In this document: piece after piece, positions 1 through 10,257 of the stretch | Position numbering within the stretch: the stretch's first letter is position 1 | Layout: each line of letters starts with the position of its first letter | IMG/VR virus record: IMGVR_UViG_3300027792_000013 | Span: 32,001-96,000 of that record | Strand: one strand, 5' to 3' | Length of the DNA stretch: 64,000 nucleotides | Source: a virus | Made by a program: the position numbers and the translations under genes | Notes under the pieces: generated by a model | Seen by the model: only the letters and a program-made list of their open reading frames with translations | The model's database searches: none | Told to the model about the DNA's origin: nothing

Positions 1-268
1 ATTGAGATGATGATTTGGGTTCATATTCTATTCGCATTAATTCTAAAGTTGGTGGTTTACTATTAACAAAAGATTTTATTGCATTTTTAAAAAATCGAAT
101 TGCATCTTTTTTGTTGGAAAAGCAGTTAAGCCAAAACCCATATTCTTTTAACCACCTAGGGGGCTTTGAAAATTTATCAAAAAAATATTGAACCCTTGCT
201 TTTTTTGTTGTCACACAGGAAAAATATTTTTTGTTTTTACAACATACAATCTTGTAGCCTTTTTTCAT
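1..268 (-). CDS. hypothetical protein (partial, runs off window start)
   Basis: Manual translation from ATG at 268 (MKKGYKIVCCKNKKYFSCV...) stays open to position 1; follows the 271..480 gene. Confidence 0.6.
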   Translation of the reverse strand, partial: MKKGYKIVCCKNKKYFSCVTTKKARVQYFFDKFSKPPRWLKEYGFWLNCFSNKKDAIRFFKNAIKSFVNSKPPTLELMRIEYEPKSSSQ

Positions 269-270
269 TT

Positions 271-480
271 TTAGTCATCACTTTTTACTAGCAATTCATT
301 TGTTTTTACAAATTTAGCAACTGGTAGATCAGATAGTTTTTCCCAACGCCACCCATCAGAAGCATTAGCAGATTTCATAAAGGTTTCTGGTGTTGCCATT
401 ATTGCGTTTATTCTATTTTTATCGTCAATTAAAGCATATATTTTTCTAAATTCCTTTGTTTTAAACTTATTAAGTTTCAT
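271..480 (-). CDS. hypothetical protein
   Basis: 69-aa ORF with AAGGA RBS and an upstream promoter at 500-526. Confidence 0.7.
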   Translation of the reverse strand: MKLNKFKTKEFRKIYALIDDKNRINAIMATPETFMKSANASDGWRWEKLSDLPVAKFVKTNELLVKSDD

Positions 481-499
481 AATATTATCCTTTTCTGTT

Positions 500-526
500 A
501 TTATATAATTTGTTTTGAAAAAACTT
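500..526 (-). promoter_or_regulatory. AAGTT-N16-TATAAT promoter
   Basis: Minus strand TTAAGTT, 16 nt, TATAAT; same spacing recurs 8 times in the window. Confidence 0.7.
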
Positions 527-531
527 AAAAT

Positions 532-2367
532 TTAACTTAACCACGTTTTCCTCAATTGAGAATCATATCCAAATATAGTTTCAATACTTAGTTTTCCTTT
601 ATCATCAAAACAATAGGTATCAATAATTGGATCATTTAACATTTTTCGATATTCTTCTTTGTCTAGGCCTCCTAATCCCTTATTGTATGAAATCTTATAA
701 TCCTTTAGATTTTTTTGATCTTGATTAAATTCCTCTATTGTATAATATTTTCTGATATCCCCTTTCTTTTCCGCGATTATAATTGGAGACTTATATTTAC
801 AAATTATTTTCTGTTCAAATAACTCAGGCCAGTACTTGTAAAAGAAATTGATAAGTAAAGCTGTAATACAATTACCGTCTGGATCCGCATCTGTTAAAAG
901 CACAATCTTACCATAGTTTAGATCAATTGCTTTTTCACGAAGTCTTAAACCAATACAACCCATAATAGATTGGATTTCCTGATTGTCAAGGACTTCTTTG
1001 TCCTTACAATTCAAAACATTCAGAACTTTACCTCTTAGAGGAAGAAATGCGTGATATTGTTTGTTTCTAACTTCCAACGCTGTTCCCCCGGCACTATCAC
1101 CTTCGGTAAGAAATAGAACGCATTTATTTTTTTCATTGCTTTGAGCATCGATAAGTTTAGCAATTTTTTTTCTACTGTGAATGTTTTTATTCTTTTGTTT
1201 GACTTCTTCCAGATCCTTTTTTTGTTGCTTCAACAGATAGGTTTCAACAATAGGATCAAGAATTTCTGGATATGAAACAATTTTATCAACTATTGTTGTT
1301 ACTGATCCGTTTAAACTAAAATATTTCGAAATTTCGCCCCATTGATTAATAAGTTTTTCTTTTGTTTGAGAGTCAAATTTTGGATTTTGAACATTCCTAG
1401 CTGAAACAACAAATAACAATTTGTCCGAAATATCTTTCGGTTTTACCTCTTTGATTTTGCATTTTTTCTGAATTTTGATTTGTAATTCTTTAACCAGTGC
1501 CCAAACTATTCCATCAATATGAGTTCCTCCACGAAAGGTTTCAACCCCATTTACGAAAGATAGAAACGAATATTCTTCGCTTGGCATTACAGCAAATTTA
1601 AAATCACCACTTTCGAATATCACATAGGGTTTATTAAAACATTTTACATATTCTTTAAATAACGAAGTTCGAATTGTGATCCCATTGAATTTGAATTTTA
1701 TTTCAGGAAAAATCATAGCCAAATCATAAATTCTTTTTTTCAATAATCCTAACATAGTTTCGTCAATACCATTGATTTTAAAATATTCGAAATCAATTTT
1801 CCACTTAATCATAGTTCCACTTGGACCACTGACTTTTCGTACTTTTGCTATATATTCTCTGCTGTTATTCTGACAAATCAAATGCATTGACTTGCCTTCT
1901 GTATTTGTGGTTTTGACTTCAAAATATTTGGAAAAAATATTGGTTAAAGATACACCAACACCAAATCTACCAATACTAACATTGTTTTCTGAATCAATAA
2001 AATTTGAACCCGCTCTCAGTTTTAGAAATGCCAGAGCCGCTGAGTATTCTTTGTTTTCTTCGTCCCATTCAATTGATAATCCTCTACCATTATCAGCAAT
2101 TGTAATTGTTCCGTCGACATCGACATCAATCATAATTTTATTCGAAAACTTAAAATTAGTTTTAAGTGCCTCGTCAATGCTATTTGTTAAAACTTCATCG
2201 ATAAGTTTTAAAATAGCGGGAACAAATTCAATTTCCTTTTTACAAATTTTTTCTTGGTCAACAACCCAATGTGATTTTGTTACAGATTGAGTTGATCCAA
2301 CCCAAATTTCTGGTCGGAGTAAGGCGTGATTAATTTCATCAAGAATTTTAATTTCTGCAGGTTTCAT
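532..2367 (-). CDS. gp39: type II DNA topoisomerase large subunit (gp39+gp60 fused, GyrB-like)
   Basis: GHKL motifs DEVLTNSIDE, DNGRG, GRFGVG; TOPRIM EGDSA, PLRGKVLN, DADPDG; YNKGLG. Confidence 0.96.
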   Translation of the reverse strand: MKPAEIKILDEINHALLRPEIWVGSTQSVTKSHWVVDQEKICKKEIEFVPAILKLIDEVLTNSIDEALKTNFKFSNKIMIDVDVDGTITIADNGRGLSIEWDEENKEYSAALAFLKLRAGSNFIDSENNVSIGRFGVGVSLTNIFSKYFEVKTTNTEGKSMHLICQNNSREYIAKVRKVSGPSGTMIKWKIDFEYFKINGIDETMLGLLKKRIYDLAMIFPEIKFKFNGITIRTSLFKEYVKCFNKPYVIFESGDFKFAVMPSEEYSFLSFVNGVETFRGGTHIDGIVWALVKELQIKIQKKCKIKEVKPKDISDKLLFVVSARNVQNPKFDSQTKEKLINQWGEISKYFSLNGSVTTIVDKIVSYPEILDPIVETYLLKQQKKDLEEVKQKNKNIHSRKKIAKLIDAQSNEKNKCVLFLTEGDSAGGTALEVRNKQYHAFLPLRGKVLNVLNCKDKEVLDNQEIQSIMGCIGLRLREKAIDLNYGKIVLLTDADPDGNCITALLINFFYKYWPELFEQKIICKYKSPIIIAEKKGDIRKYYTIEEFNQDQKNLKDYKISYNKGLGGLDKEEYRKMLNDPIIDTYCFDDKGKLSIETIFGYDSQLRKTWLS

Positions 2368-2387
2368 ATAATGAACTCCATATATAC

Positions 2388-2416
2388 ATTATAATATAGA
2401 TCAAACAAAAAATCAA
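2388..2416 (-). promoter_or_regulatory. sigma70-type promoter TTGATT-N17-TATAAT
   Basis: Near-consensus -35/-10 with 17-nt spacer upstream of the topoisomerase gene. Confidence 0.7.
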
Positions 2417-2425
2417 TAAAAATTT

Positions 2426-3001
2426 TTATTTTGTTAAATTTAAACATTTTGTTCCGATTTTCCCCAAAACTTTTTCAACATTGCAACCATGACTTTTGTA
2501 TCTTTGTATCACATCAATGTGTTCACTGAACCCTTTGTCAAAAACATTTTCCTTGTTTTTTAACCCCCAGGTAGTTTTAATATGTGCCCTAACAGCCTTC
2601 CCCAATGTCTCAATATTGCAATTTGTTTCCGGAATTCCCAAAGAATGTAAAAGTAAACTAGCCGCTGTTCCTATAGAAAAATTTGTTTGATTAATTATAT
2701 TACGTAACAATTTAGATAAAACCATTCCTGAAATATTGAGAAACTTTGTCAGTCTAATTTCTTCATTATTTACTATACACCAAACTGGATTGCTACCATA
2801 TTCTAAACTCATACCATCAAATTTAGATCCTCTCAAATATTTTCTAATGTCTTTTTTTGACATTTTCCAATAATGAGATAAAATCAAAATGGCTTTTGGT
2901 AAAACAATAGATTCTTCACGCAATAATGTTTCAATACAATCGATAACAAATTCTGATTTTTGACTTTCCTCAATAATGTTAATCTTGAATTGAATATCCA
3001 T
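2426..3001 (-). CDS. hypothetical protein
   Basis: 191-aa ORF whose start overlaps the gp52 stop; no motif recognised. Confidence 0.7.
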   Translation of the reverse strand: MDIQFKINIIEESQKSEFVIDCIETLLREESIVLPKAILILSHYWKMSKKDIRKYLRGSKFDGMSLEYGSNPVWCIVNNEEIRLTKFLNISGMVLSKLLRNIINQTNFSIGTAASLLLHSLGIPETNCNIETLGKAVRAHIKTTWGLKNKENVFDKGFSEHIDVIQRYKSHGCNVEKVLGKIGTKCLNLTK

Positions 3002-4335
3002 TATCTCTCCTTTTGTTTTAAATCTTTAATGTAGATTTCAATCGGCGTTGTTTTTAATAAGTCTTCAATAGTTTTTTGATGTTCTTCTTTTGTTTTCAAA
3101 GAATGTTCAATTTCATCTTTAGTAAACTTATAGATTTTTAATTCCAAAAGATCGTCAATGAATTTATAGTTATCTTTTTTTAATTGATCTTTTAATTGTA
3201 CTTTATTCAATTCTGTAATTTTAAGTTTACCAGAAATAATTGAGTCAATGAATCTAATCTTTTCGTCTATGAACTCAATAATTTGATGACTTAAAGCCAA
3301 CAGCCTTTCAATTCGTTGTTGGTACTTTTTGACTCGGTATTCAATAAAATAGTCAACTAATTCATCAATATTGTTGAAATTTCTTAGGTGATTTTCATTG
3401 TCAATAACGTTAACATTCTCACTTAATTTTGTTCTCAATTTTAAATATTTGATTACTTTTTCATCGTCTTCAATATTAACATTTCGATAAAATTGAACTT
3501 CAAAAACAATGTTTCCGTTGTCATCAAAATCCGGATCTGAATAGTTTCTTATGATTTGTTTTTCTTCAAGGTCAACCAAACATTTTTCGATATACTTTTC
3601 ACGGGTCCATCCAATAGGAAGTTCTGTTACCGTAATTGTACTATTTGATTTTCTCTGAAATGTACCCTCAACAATCCAATTGTTCTCCAATTGATTGTAT
3701 TCAATCTTTCCTTTGAAACCCCTGAAAAATGGTTTGTAGTGACTATATGGAAATTTCTTTTTGGTTTTTAATTTTTCAATTGTGGTATCGATTAATAATT
3801 TTGGGTCCCTAGGCAAAATTGTTGTAGCGAACCCAACTGCTATACCCTCGCTTCCATTTACTAACACCCAAGGAATTTTAGGTAAATAACATAATGGCTC
3901 TGGATTTTCTGGATCATGATTTTGATCCAAGATTTCAAAGTCATCAAAATATTTGAGAAATTGTTTATTAAGATGTACTTTTGTATATCTTGCTGCGGCT
4001 GCCTCTGGAACCAATCGATTACCAAAACTTCCCCCACCCTCAAACATTTCAACGTTGTTGGACCCGACAAAATTTTGAGTTAATAAATTTACTGCACTTG
4101 CAATAGAAGCATCACCGTGATGGTAATTACTATCTGCCATTGTAAATCCCACAAGGGATGCGGTTTTGAGAAATTCGGTTTTGCATCTGGCTAAAGCCGT
4201 ATAAAGAATTTTTCTTTGAACCGGTTTTAAACCATCGATTGCGTTTGGAATTGCCCTATTATGTAAAACATAAAGGGCGTATTCTTTATATTCTTGGTCT
4301 ATAAAATCACTAACAGATCTTGAATTTTCTTTCAT
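3001..4335 (-). CDS. gp52: type II DNA topoisomerase medium subunit (GyrA-like)
   Basis: DGLKPVQRKIL, YHHGDAS, catalytic AAARY. Confidence 0.96.
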   Translation of the reverse strand: MKENSRSVSDFIDQEYKEYALYVLHNRAIPNAIDGLKPVQRKILYTALARCKTEFLKTASLVGFTMADSNYHHGDASIASAVNLLTQNFVGSNNVEMFEGGGSFGNRLVPEAAAARYTKVHLNKQFLKYFDDFEILDQNHDPENPEPLCYLPKIPWVLVNGSEGIAVGFATTILPRDPKLLIDTTIEKLKTKKKFPYSHYKPFFRGFKGKIEYNQLENNWIVEGTFQRKSNSTITVTELPIGWTREKYIEKCLVDLEEKQIIRNYSDPDFDDNGNIVFEVQFYRNVNIEDDEKVIKYLKLRTKLSENVNVIDNENHLRNFNNIDELVDYFIEYRVKKYQQRIERLLALSHQIIEFIDEKIRFIDSIISGKLKITELNKVQLKDQLKKDNYKFIDDLLELKIYKFTKDEIEHSLKTKEEHQKTIEDLLKTTPIEIYIKDLKQKER

Positions 4336-4684
4336 ATTGAACCCCTTGATTTTCTACATAGTTTTTACAATCTTGTAAAGTTGAATCTACGTAAAAATAT
4401 TTAAAATATTTAAAAGCTCGTAAAAGTCCAAATTTTAAATATAAATAGTTTAACCAATATGAACTGAATTTTTCCCAAATGCCTCCAAATGGATTTATTT
4501 GTTCTTTTGCTACTTGATCCAAATAGTGATTATGTTCATCAACTATTTGGTCGGTTAGCTCCAAGTTTCCTCGCATGGATGTTACAAACTCATTATCAAC
4601 AGTAAAAATTCCGTCTCTGAAGTTTTTCCAAATTTTAAAATACCTTTCATCGACCGAATTTTCTTTCATATAATAAACTTTCAT
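4310..4684 (-). CDS. hypothetical protein
   Basis: 124-aa ORF directly downstream of a sigma70 promoter. Confidence 0.7.
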   Translation of the reverse strand: MKVYYMKENSVDERYFKIWKNFRDGIFTVDNEFVTSMRGNLELTDQIVDEHNHYLDQVAKEQINPFGGIWEKFSSYWLNYLYLKFGLLRAFKYFKYFYVDSTLQDCKNYVENQGVQYERKFKIC

Positions 4685-4692
4685 ATATACAT

Positions 4693-4721
4693 ATTATAAT
4701 ATGAGTTCAGTGAAAATTCAA
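4693..4721 (-). promoter_or_regulatory. sigma70-type promoter TTGAAT-N17-TATAAT
   Basis: Near-consensus -35/-10 with 17-nt spacer. Confidence 0.7.
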
Positions 4722-4745
4722 TAAAAATTATAAAAATTTATTTTG

Positions 4746-5015
4746 TTAAATTTTGGCATGTGCAATTTCACGTTTTATAGCATCAACGGGAATTGTACCA
4801 ATTAAAGTTTTACTTGGTTTATCATCAATCATAATAACTGTTGATGGAACACTTGTTATATGAAGTTGTTTTGTTAAACTATTTGGCCCTTTTATATCAT
4901 CTTCTATTAGAACCTCTTCCCATTTTAAATCCCGTGATTCTAATAGTTTCTGCTTGAAAATTTTACATGGTTTACAATTTACTGAGGAAAAAACTAATAC
5001 TCTAACATTTTTCAT
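4746..5015 (-). CDS. thioredoxin/glutaredoxin-like protein
   Basis: CKPC active site, ITSVPST cis-Pro motif, 89 aa. Confidence 0.88.
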   Translation of the reverse strand: MKNVRVLVFSSVNCKPCKIFKQKLLESRDLKWEEVLIEDDIKGPNSLTKQLHITSVPSTVIMIDDKPSKTLIGTIPVDAIKREIAHAKI

Positions 5016-5040
5016 AATTCCTCCTAAAGGCTTTTGTTGG

Positions 5041-6084
5041 TTATGATGAAAACAACCATTTACTAACGGCTAGATTTTTTGATAATTTACCAAAAACGGA
5101 ATGTTGTTTTACAAAATCAGTTAATTGTTGTATCGTCACATTTGTATTTATAAATTCCTTACAAACCAATTCATTGAGATCTTTTGTCTTTAATGCTCTT
5201 GGCCATATAAACAATCCGTAGGTATCATGATTGGCAATATGTTTGTAATGACTTACAACTTCTTTATTCCTTGGTTCATTATCAATAACAAAAATAATAT
5301 CATCTGTTTTCAATGTATTCAGAAATTCTTGGCTAATATTAAGAGAAAGCATCGCTATACTATTTTTCAGAAACAAAGCATCAAATATACCTTCGGTAAC
5401 AAAAATTTGTTCCCCGCATTGTAAACGATCAATTCCATAGCATAAATATGAATCCTCAACTAATTTAATCGTATAATATCTGATTTTGTTTTCTTCAATT
5501 GATCTCCCTTGTACCCCAATCAAATTTTTGTCTATGTCATAAATAGGAAATATAATCCTTGGATCTAATTCTGTATCATTATTGTATTTTCCTTGTATAT
5601 AGTTATTATTTATCCATTTTTTATAGTTTTCAACATAATAAATATTTTGATAAAATATTGAATTAATTTTTCTTTTTTGTAAATATTGAAATGCCAAGTG
5701 ATTTTGATTAAGTTCTGAAATACAATCAGCATTTTTTATACTGTATACATTAAGTTCCGGTTTTGGTTCTTCAACAGTTTCTTTTTCTTCTATTTTTGGT
5801 TTTCGAAATTTCAGAACCGAAATTTCTTTGATATAAAGATTCCATAAACTGACATTCAATTTTTTTAAAAACAAGCTAAATTCAAAATTAGCACCACATT
5901 CATTGTGACAAATATAATACAGAGTATCTTTTCGTTTATGTTTTAGCAAATATCCACGTTTTTTAAATCTGCTTTTTTTTGAATCACCACAGAACGGACA
6001 TCTAAAATTATAAGTGTTTTCGTTTAGTTTTTTAAAGCCTTCCAGTTTCAACTTCCGTAAGTATTTTAAATCAATAAATAGCAT
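5041..6084 (-). CDS. gp61: DNA primase
   Basis: Zn finger NFRCPFCGDS...CHNEC; RIIFP, QGR, TEGIFDA, DNEPRN, KDLNE. Confidence 0.95.
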   Translation of the reverse strand: MLFIDLKYLRKLKLEGFKKLNENTYNFRCPFCGDSKKSRFKKRGYLLKHKRKDTLYYICHNECGANFEFSLFLKKLNVSLWNLYIKEISVLKFRKPKIEEKETVEEPKPELNVYSIKNADCISELNQNHLAFQYLQKRKINSIFYQNIYYVENYKKWINNNYIQGKYNNDTELDPRIIFPIYDIDKNLIGVQGRSIEENKIRYYTIKLVEDSYLCYGIDRLQCGEQIFVTEGIFDALFLKNSIAMLSLNISQEFLNTLKTDDIIFVIDNEPRNKEVVSHYKHIANHDTYGLFIWPRALKTKDLNELVCKEFINTNVTIQQLTDFVKQHSVFGKLSKNLAVSKWLFSS

Positions 6085-6090
6085 TTTAAA

Positions 6091-6966
6091 TCAACAAAAA
6101 AATTCATTAAGGCGTCCAGAAAGAACTTTTAAACTTTTTTGCTCAAAATATGCCATTACAGTAATTCTATCCTTTACAATATTTGAAGTCACATATTTAT
6201 GAATAATTGTGTTTTCAATGATTTGTGGAATTTTACTTAAATCAATTAACCTTCGGTTTCTATTCCAGTTTCTATAGAGATTTTCTGTTTTTAAAAAGTT
6301 TTCAATTCCCTCGATCATAATTTTTTCAACAGCTTTAGGACCCAAAGGTTTCTGTCGTTTTTCTGCGGTAACAAAAACATCGTCGTCACTTCGAACGTTG
6401 GGAACATCATCACCAGAATCACCCATTAAAATCTTTTTTTGCAAGTCAATCCAAGGATCATTAGATTTTGGAATTACTTTTTTCTCAATTGGATCATATT
6501 GCATTAAAAACCCAGGAAACAATTGTAACTGATAAAAATCAGCGTCCTTGCTGATAATGCAACATTTTTCTTTGTCTAATCGCTTTAAAAGAATTGCGAT
6601 AATATCATCACCTTCACATCTTTCAACTTTTATGTTATGAAAAGGAAAAATTTTTAGTTCTTCTGTCATTTCATCAATTAGTTTAAAGAATTTTTCAAAA
6701 TTAAGATCTTCCTGTTTTTCTCTTGATTTCGCCCTCCGAGCTTTGTAATACGGAAAAATTTCCTTTCTCCAACTTTTAGGAGAATCAAAACATAAAAAAA
6801 TTTGATTTCCTCTTACGTTGAATTTCTGTTTCAAATGTAATAGTTTTACTAAAATTGTATGTCTAAATAGATTTGATGAATCTTTGTCAGGTTCAACTTT
6901 GCTCAACTCATAAAAGTGACTCCAGTAAATATTTGACATATCTACTAATAGAATTGTTGGTTCCAT
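6091..6966 (-). CDS. rnh: T4-type RNase H / 5'-3' exonuclease
   Basis: LLVDMSN, WRKEIFPYYKARR, EGDDIIA, SKDADFYQL, MGDSGDDVPN. Confidence 0.93.
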   Translation of the reverse strand: MEPTILLVDMSNIYWSHFYELSKVEPDKDSSNLFRHTILVKLLHLKQKFNVRGNQIFLCFDSPKSWRKEIFPYYKARRAKSREKQEDLNFEKFFKLIDEMTEELKIFPFHNIKVERCEGDDIIAILLKRLDKEKCCIISKDADFYQLQLFPGFLMQYDPIEKKVIPKSNDPWIDLQKKILMGDSGDDVPNVRSDDDVFVTAEKRQKPLGPKAVEKIMIEGIENFLKTENLYRNWNRNRRLIDLSKIPQIIENTIIHKYVTSNIVKDRITVMAYFEQKSLKVLSGRLNEFFC

Positions 6967-7343
6967 TATTCTTGCACCAAGATTATAATTCTTCTATTTC
7001 CCGAAATCCTAACGTCTTTTATTTCAACTTCTTTATTGTATAATATTTTAACTATTATTGTAATCAATCCTAAAAACTCTTTTTTGTTTTGAATAAAATA
7101 TTTTCGTCGGCCTTTCCACATTAATTTATACGAAATTAAATTATCTCTTACCCAAGTTTCGATATTCAATGCTGTATTTGCAAATATTCCTGGTAAAGCT
7201 CTTTGTATGAAGGCAATTGCCGAATCCAATTTTATTTTTTCTTCGTCGCTAACCGTTTTTTGTTTTTCTGTGATGAGATTGAATTTATTGACGTAGGGAT
7301 TGATAATTTCGAAAAGTGCCGAAATTTCTTCAATTTGTGACAT
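6966..7343 (-). CDS. hypothetical protein
   Basis: 125-aa ORF with GGAG RBS, coupled to rnh. Confidence 0.65.
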   Translation of the reverse strand: MSQIEEISALFEIINPYVNKFNLITEKQKTVSDEEKIKLDSAIAFIQRALPGIFANTALNIETWVRDNLISYKLMWKGRRKYFIQNKKEFLGLITIIVKILYNKEVEIKDVRISGNRRIIILVQE

Positions 7344-7501
7344 TTAATTTCTCCTTTTGAGTTAAAAAGTGAAGATTTAGAAACCGGAATTGAAATAAAA
7401 ATAACGTTTTTTATATTAAATGATAAATCTTTTAATGCTTTCCAGGATTCCTCTGGAATTTCTTGGGTGTCTTCAATGTACTTTATTTTTTCCATTTCCA
7501 T
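7232..7501 (-). CDS. hypothetical protein
   Basis: ORF in operon; its 3' part overlaps the next gene. Confidence 0.45.
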   Translation of the reverse strand: MEMEKIKYIEDTQEIPEESWKALKDLSFNIKNVIFISIPVSKSSLFNSKGEIKCHKLKKFRHFSKLSIPTSINSISSQKNKKRLATKKK

Positions 7502-7719
7502 TTTAATTGATATTTTTCGCTTTTACTCGGGATTTCGGTAACTTGAAATAATGCCTCTTTTACAATCGAATTTAAAAAAGTTTCTCCAATTTTTCCAATA
7601 CATAAATCTTTTCGATTGTCTTCAACTACACGCATTATTTCTGGCATGATTTTTTCTGCTAAAACCATTCCACTTTTAGTTAATCCCCATTTTTTCCAAA
7701 TACAACCATTTTTTACCAT
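7483..7719 (-). CDS. hypothetical protein (probable leaderless start MVKNG at 7719)
   Basis: ATG lies 7 nt downstream of the TATAAT of the 7727-7753 promoter. Confidence 0.6.
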   Translation of the reverse strand: MVKNGCIWKKWGLTKSGMVLAEKIMPEIMRVVEDNRKDLCIGKIGETFLNSIVKEALFQVTEIPSKSEKYQLKWKWKK

Positions 7720-7726
7720 TTCGTAT

Positions 7727-7753
7727 ATTATAAATGAAATCAAAGAAAAACTT
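7727..7753 (-). promoter_or_regulatory. AAGTT-N16-TATAAT promoter
   Basis: TAAAGTT, 16 nt, TATAAT. Confidence 0.65.
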
Positions 7754-8259
7754 TATCTAATTTTTATAAAAATTCCGCCATGCCTAAAATAAAAAGACTT
7801 ATAAGGATAGAGATCTGCCCATATACGAACTTCTGGGTCAAATACTAAGTCTCTCCAATAACCTGTTTTATTTTTGAGTTCAACAATTTGATTGAATTCT
7901 TCTTCATTTTCGATTTCAAAAACTGGTTGATTATAATACAAACTGTCAGGAACTTTTAGTAATGGAATTGGGATCTCAAATTCATATGTTGGACAACTAA
8001 ACTCCTGAATCAATTCTGGTTTCCGTTGTTTCAATAGATCTTCAACTTGTTCTTTAAGATAATCTGATTCTGGTAGTTTTGCTCTAATCCAATGTTTCAA
8101 TGTACCAACAACGGCTTTCCAATACTTATCTTTGTCTTTTTCTGGAGACAATCCAAAATGTTCAGAAACAAATTTTTTAGCCGACTTCCAGTATTCTTCG
8201 GCTTTTTGTATTGTTATTCCAGATTTTTCAGCAAAACTTTTTAATGTTTCCAATGGCAT
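7753..8259 (-). CDS. late-expressed hypothetical protein (small helical N-terminal domain)
   Basis: GGAGG RBS and TATAAATA late promoter at 8277-8284. Confidence 0.7.
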   Translation of the reverse strand: MPLETLKSFAEKSGITIQKAEEYWKSAKKFVSEHFGLSPEKDKDKYWKAVVGTLKHWIRAKLPESDYLKEQVEDLLKQRKPELIQEFSCPTYEFEIPIPLLKVPDSLYYNQPVFEIENEEEFNQIVELKNKTGYWRDLVFDPEVRIWADLYPYKSFYFRHGGIFIKIR

Positions 8260-8276
8260 TTTTTACCTCCAATAAT

Positions 8277-8284
8277 TATTTATA
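8277..8284 (-). promoter_or_regulatory. T4-type late promoter TATAAATA
   Basis: Exact gp55 consensus just upstream of a gene start. Confidence 0.75.
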
Positions 8285-9395
8285 TTCCACAAACGATTTT
8301 CTGAACGATAGAACTTACATCCGGAATTTTATATTCTATAGGTGGTTGGTTTATTGAGTTCATATTTTTGGCCACATTGATTGCTGCCGATATTTTTTCG
8401 TAATCACATCCAACTAAAATATTCGACCCACATTCAATTGTTTCTGGTCTTTCGGTAACATCTCGAATTGTTATGCAATGCTTTTCATATATACTCATCT
8501 CTTCACAAACGGTCCCAGAATCGCTAATTACAGCAACAGAATGCCTTACTAAACTATGAAATTCACCGAAATTTGGTGGGATAATGAAAACTAATTTTTT
8601 GCGATCTTCCATAGGAACATTCCTTCCAAGATTTTTAGCTAAATGTGGGTGTAAAGAAATAACTATGTCAATATTATGGTCAACTCGAATCCTATTAAAA
8701 ATCAAAATAAAATTAAATAGTCTATTGGGGTTATCGATATTTTCTGATCGGTGTAAAGTAACCAAAACATAAGGCCTTTTGATTTTATAAAGTTGTTGTA
8801 TTTCTGTTAGCTCTTCATCTAAATTCAATTCACTTTTTAAATAATGTCTCATGACTTCATAAATTGGATTACCGGTGACATAAATTCTGTTTAAAGGAAA
8901 TCCTTCTTTGATTAGATTCTCTTTTGATCTCTGAGTATAAGGCATCAAAACATCGCTGCAAGAATCAATAATTCTTCGATTGATTTCCTCTGGAACTCTA
9001 TCATCGAAGCATCGATTTCCTGCTTCTAAATGATAGGTTTTTATACCCATTCGTTTTGCTATGATAATACTCAAAGCACTATTTGTGTCTCCTAAAACCA
9101 AAAACTTGTCTGGTTTTTCTTTTTCGATGATCTTTTCTAGTTGGCAAAATATATCACTGATTCGATGAGATAAAGGTGAATCTTGTGTGGCTGTATTATA
9201 AAGTTCATAGTTTGGATTTCTGATGTTAAATTCCCTTATGAACTGTCTATTAAGTACTTCGGCATTGTTTTGTTTAGTGTTTACCAATAATTGTGTAACG
9301 CCGGGAAATTCATCAATTCTAGAAATAATTCTCGATAATCTAATAATTTCTGGCCGGGTACCAAACACGGTTAGAATTTTCATAATAGTTTCCAT
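8280..9395 (-). CDS. non-hydrolysing UDP-N-acetylhexosamine 2-epimerase (FnlC/WbjD/QnlB type)
   Basis: GTRPEIIRL, LGDTNS, HLEAGNRCFDDRVPEEINR, VTLHRSEN, SDSGT, TERPE. Confidence 0.93.
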   Translation of the reverse strand: METIMKILTVFGTRPEIIRLSRIISRIDEFPGVTQLLVNTKQNNAEVLNRQFIREFNIRNPNYELYNTATQDSPLSHRISDIFCQLEKIIEKEKPDKFLVLGDTNSALSIIIAKRMGIKTYHLEAGNRCFDDRVPEEINRRIIDSCSDVLMPYTQRSKENLIKEGFPLNRIYVTGNPIYEVMRHYLKSELNLDEELTEIQQLYKIKRPYVLVTLHRSENIDNPNRLFNFILIFNRIRVDHNIDIVISLHPHLAKNLGRNVPMEDRKKLVFIIPPNFGEFHSLVRHSVAVISDSGTVCEEMSIYEKHCITIRDVTERPETIECGSNILVGCDYEKISAAINVAKNMNSINQPPIEYKIPDVSSIVQKIVCGI

Positions 9396-10257
9396 ACTCC
9401 TCTATTAATTTTTCAATACTAGGAACATCAGAATATCCTAGTTTTTGCCATAGATCTAAATTGATTTGTTCATAATCAGTACTTAAAGTTCTATCAATGG
9501 TATCGACAACTGATACCTTTACTGTTATATCATTTCGTTTAAATACATTGCGAATGATATGAATTAATTCAAATTTTGTAACTATGTCTTTGGGAACAAT
9601 ATGTAACAAATTTGGTAAAACCAAATTATTACTGATAACAGCATCTAAGATTTTAGCAAAATGTAAAACAGTTATTCCATTCCAATAGTGAGTTACATAA
9701 CCATCTATTTGCCCACCAATAGGAATAGACAAAACATAACCCATCAAAGAATAATTGTTATTTGGTTCTATACCGACAATTGAACATCTTAAATTTTTGA
9801 AAAAATCATCTTGCACTTCCCCCAAACTTTTAGCTTTACCATATACAGAATGGGAGTCATGTTCTTTTGTTTCTATATAATAACCTAGACCTCCAGAAAA
9901 AACACAATCGGTAGCTATTTGAAATACAATCGAATTATTTTCTTCAGAGTATTTGGCTAATTTATGAGGAAATAATGCATTGATTTCAACCATACTAGAA
10001 ACATCACATTTACGTTGTGGGATTGCCCCGATACAATTTATAATGTAATCTTGTTTAGTAATTTTAAGATCTTCCAATCTGTCTTTTTTGGCATCAAAAA
10101 ACAATACACTAAAATCATATTCTTTTGTAAATTCAGAATTATATGAATCCTTCCTAATAGTAACAGTCAGATCATATTTTTTAGTTTTCAAAAAAATATC
10201 GGTTACACAAGCACCGAGCATTCCCGATGCCCCCAAAATCAATATTTTAGGTTTCAT
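9340..10257 (-). CDS. RmlD-like NDP-4-keto-6-deoxyhexose reductase (QnlA/WbvR type)
   Basis: GASGMLG, INCIG, TDCVFSG, YGKAK (SDR YxxxK). Confidence 0.88.
   Translation of the reverse strand: MKPKILILGASGMLGACVTDIFLKTKKYDLTVTIRKDSYNSEFTKEYDFSVLFFDAKKDRLEDLKITKQDYIINCIGAIPQRKCDVSSMVEINALFPHKLAKYSEENNSIVFQIATDCVFSGGLGYYIETKEHDSHSVYGKAKSLGEVQDDFFKNLRCSIVGIEPNNNYSLMGYVLSIPIGGQIDGYVTHYWNGITVLHFAKILDAVISNNLVLPNLLHIVPKDIVTKFELIHIIRNVFKRNDITVKVSVVDTIDRTLSTDYEQINLDLWQKLGYSDVPSIEKLIEEYGNYYENSNRVWYPARNY

Noticed and set aside
532-2367. T4 gene 60-type ribosomal bypass or intron in the topoisomerase
   Set aside because: Single continuous ORF containing both GHKL and TOPRIM domains
5145-5152. TATAAATA inside the primase gene
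   Set aside because: Intragenic and about 130 nt from the next start; expected by chance in AT-rich DNA
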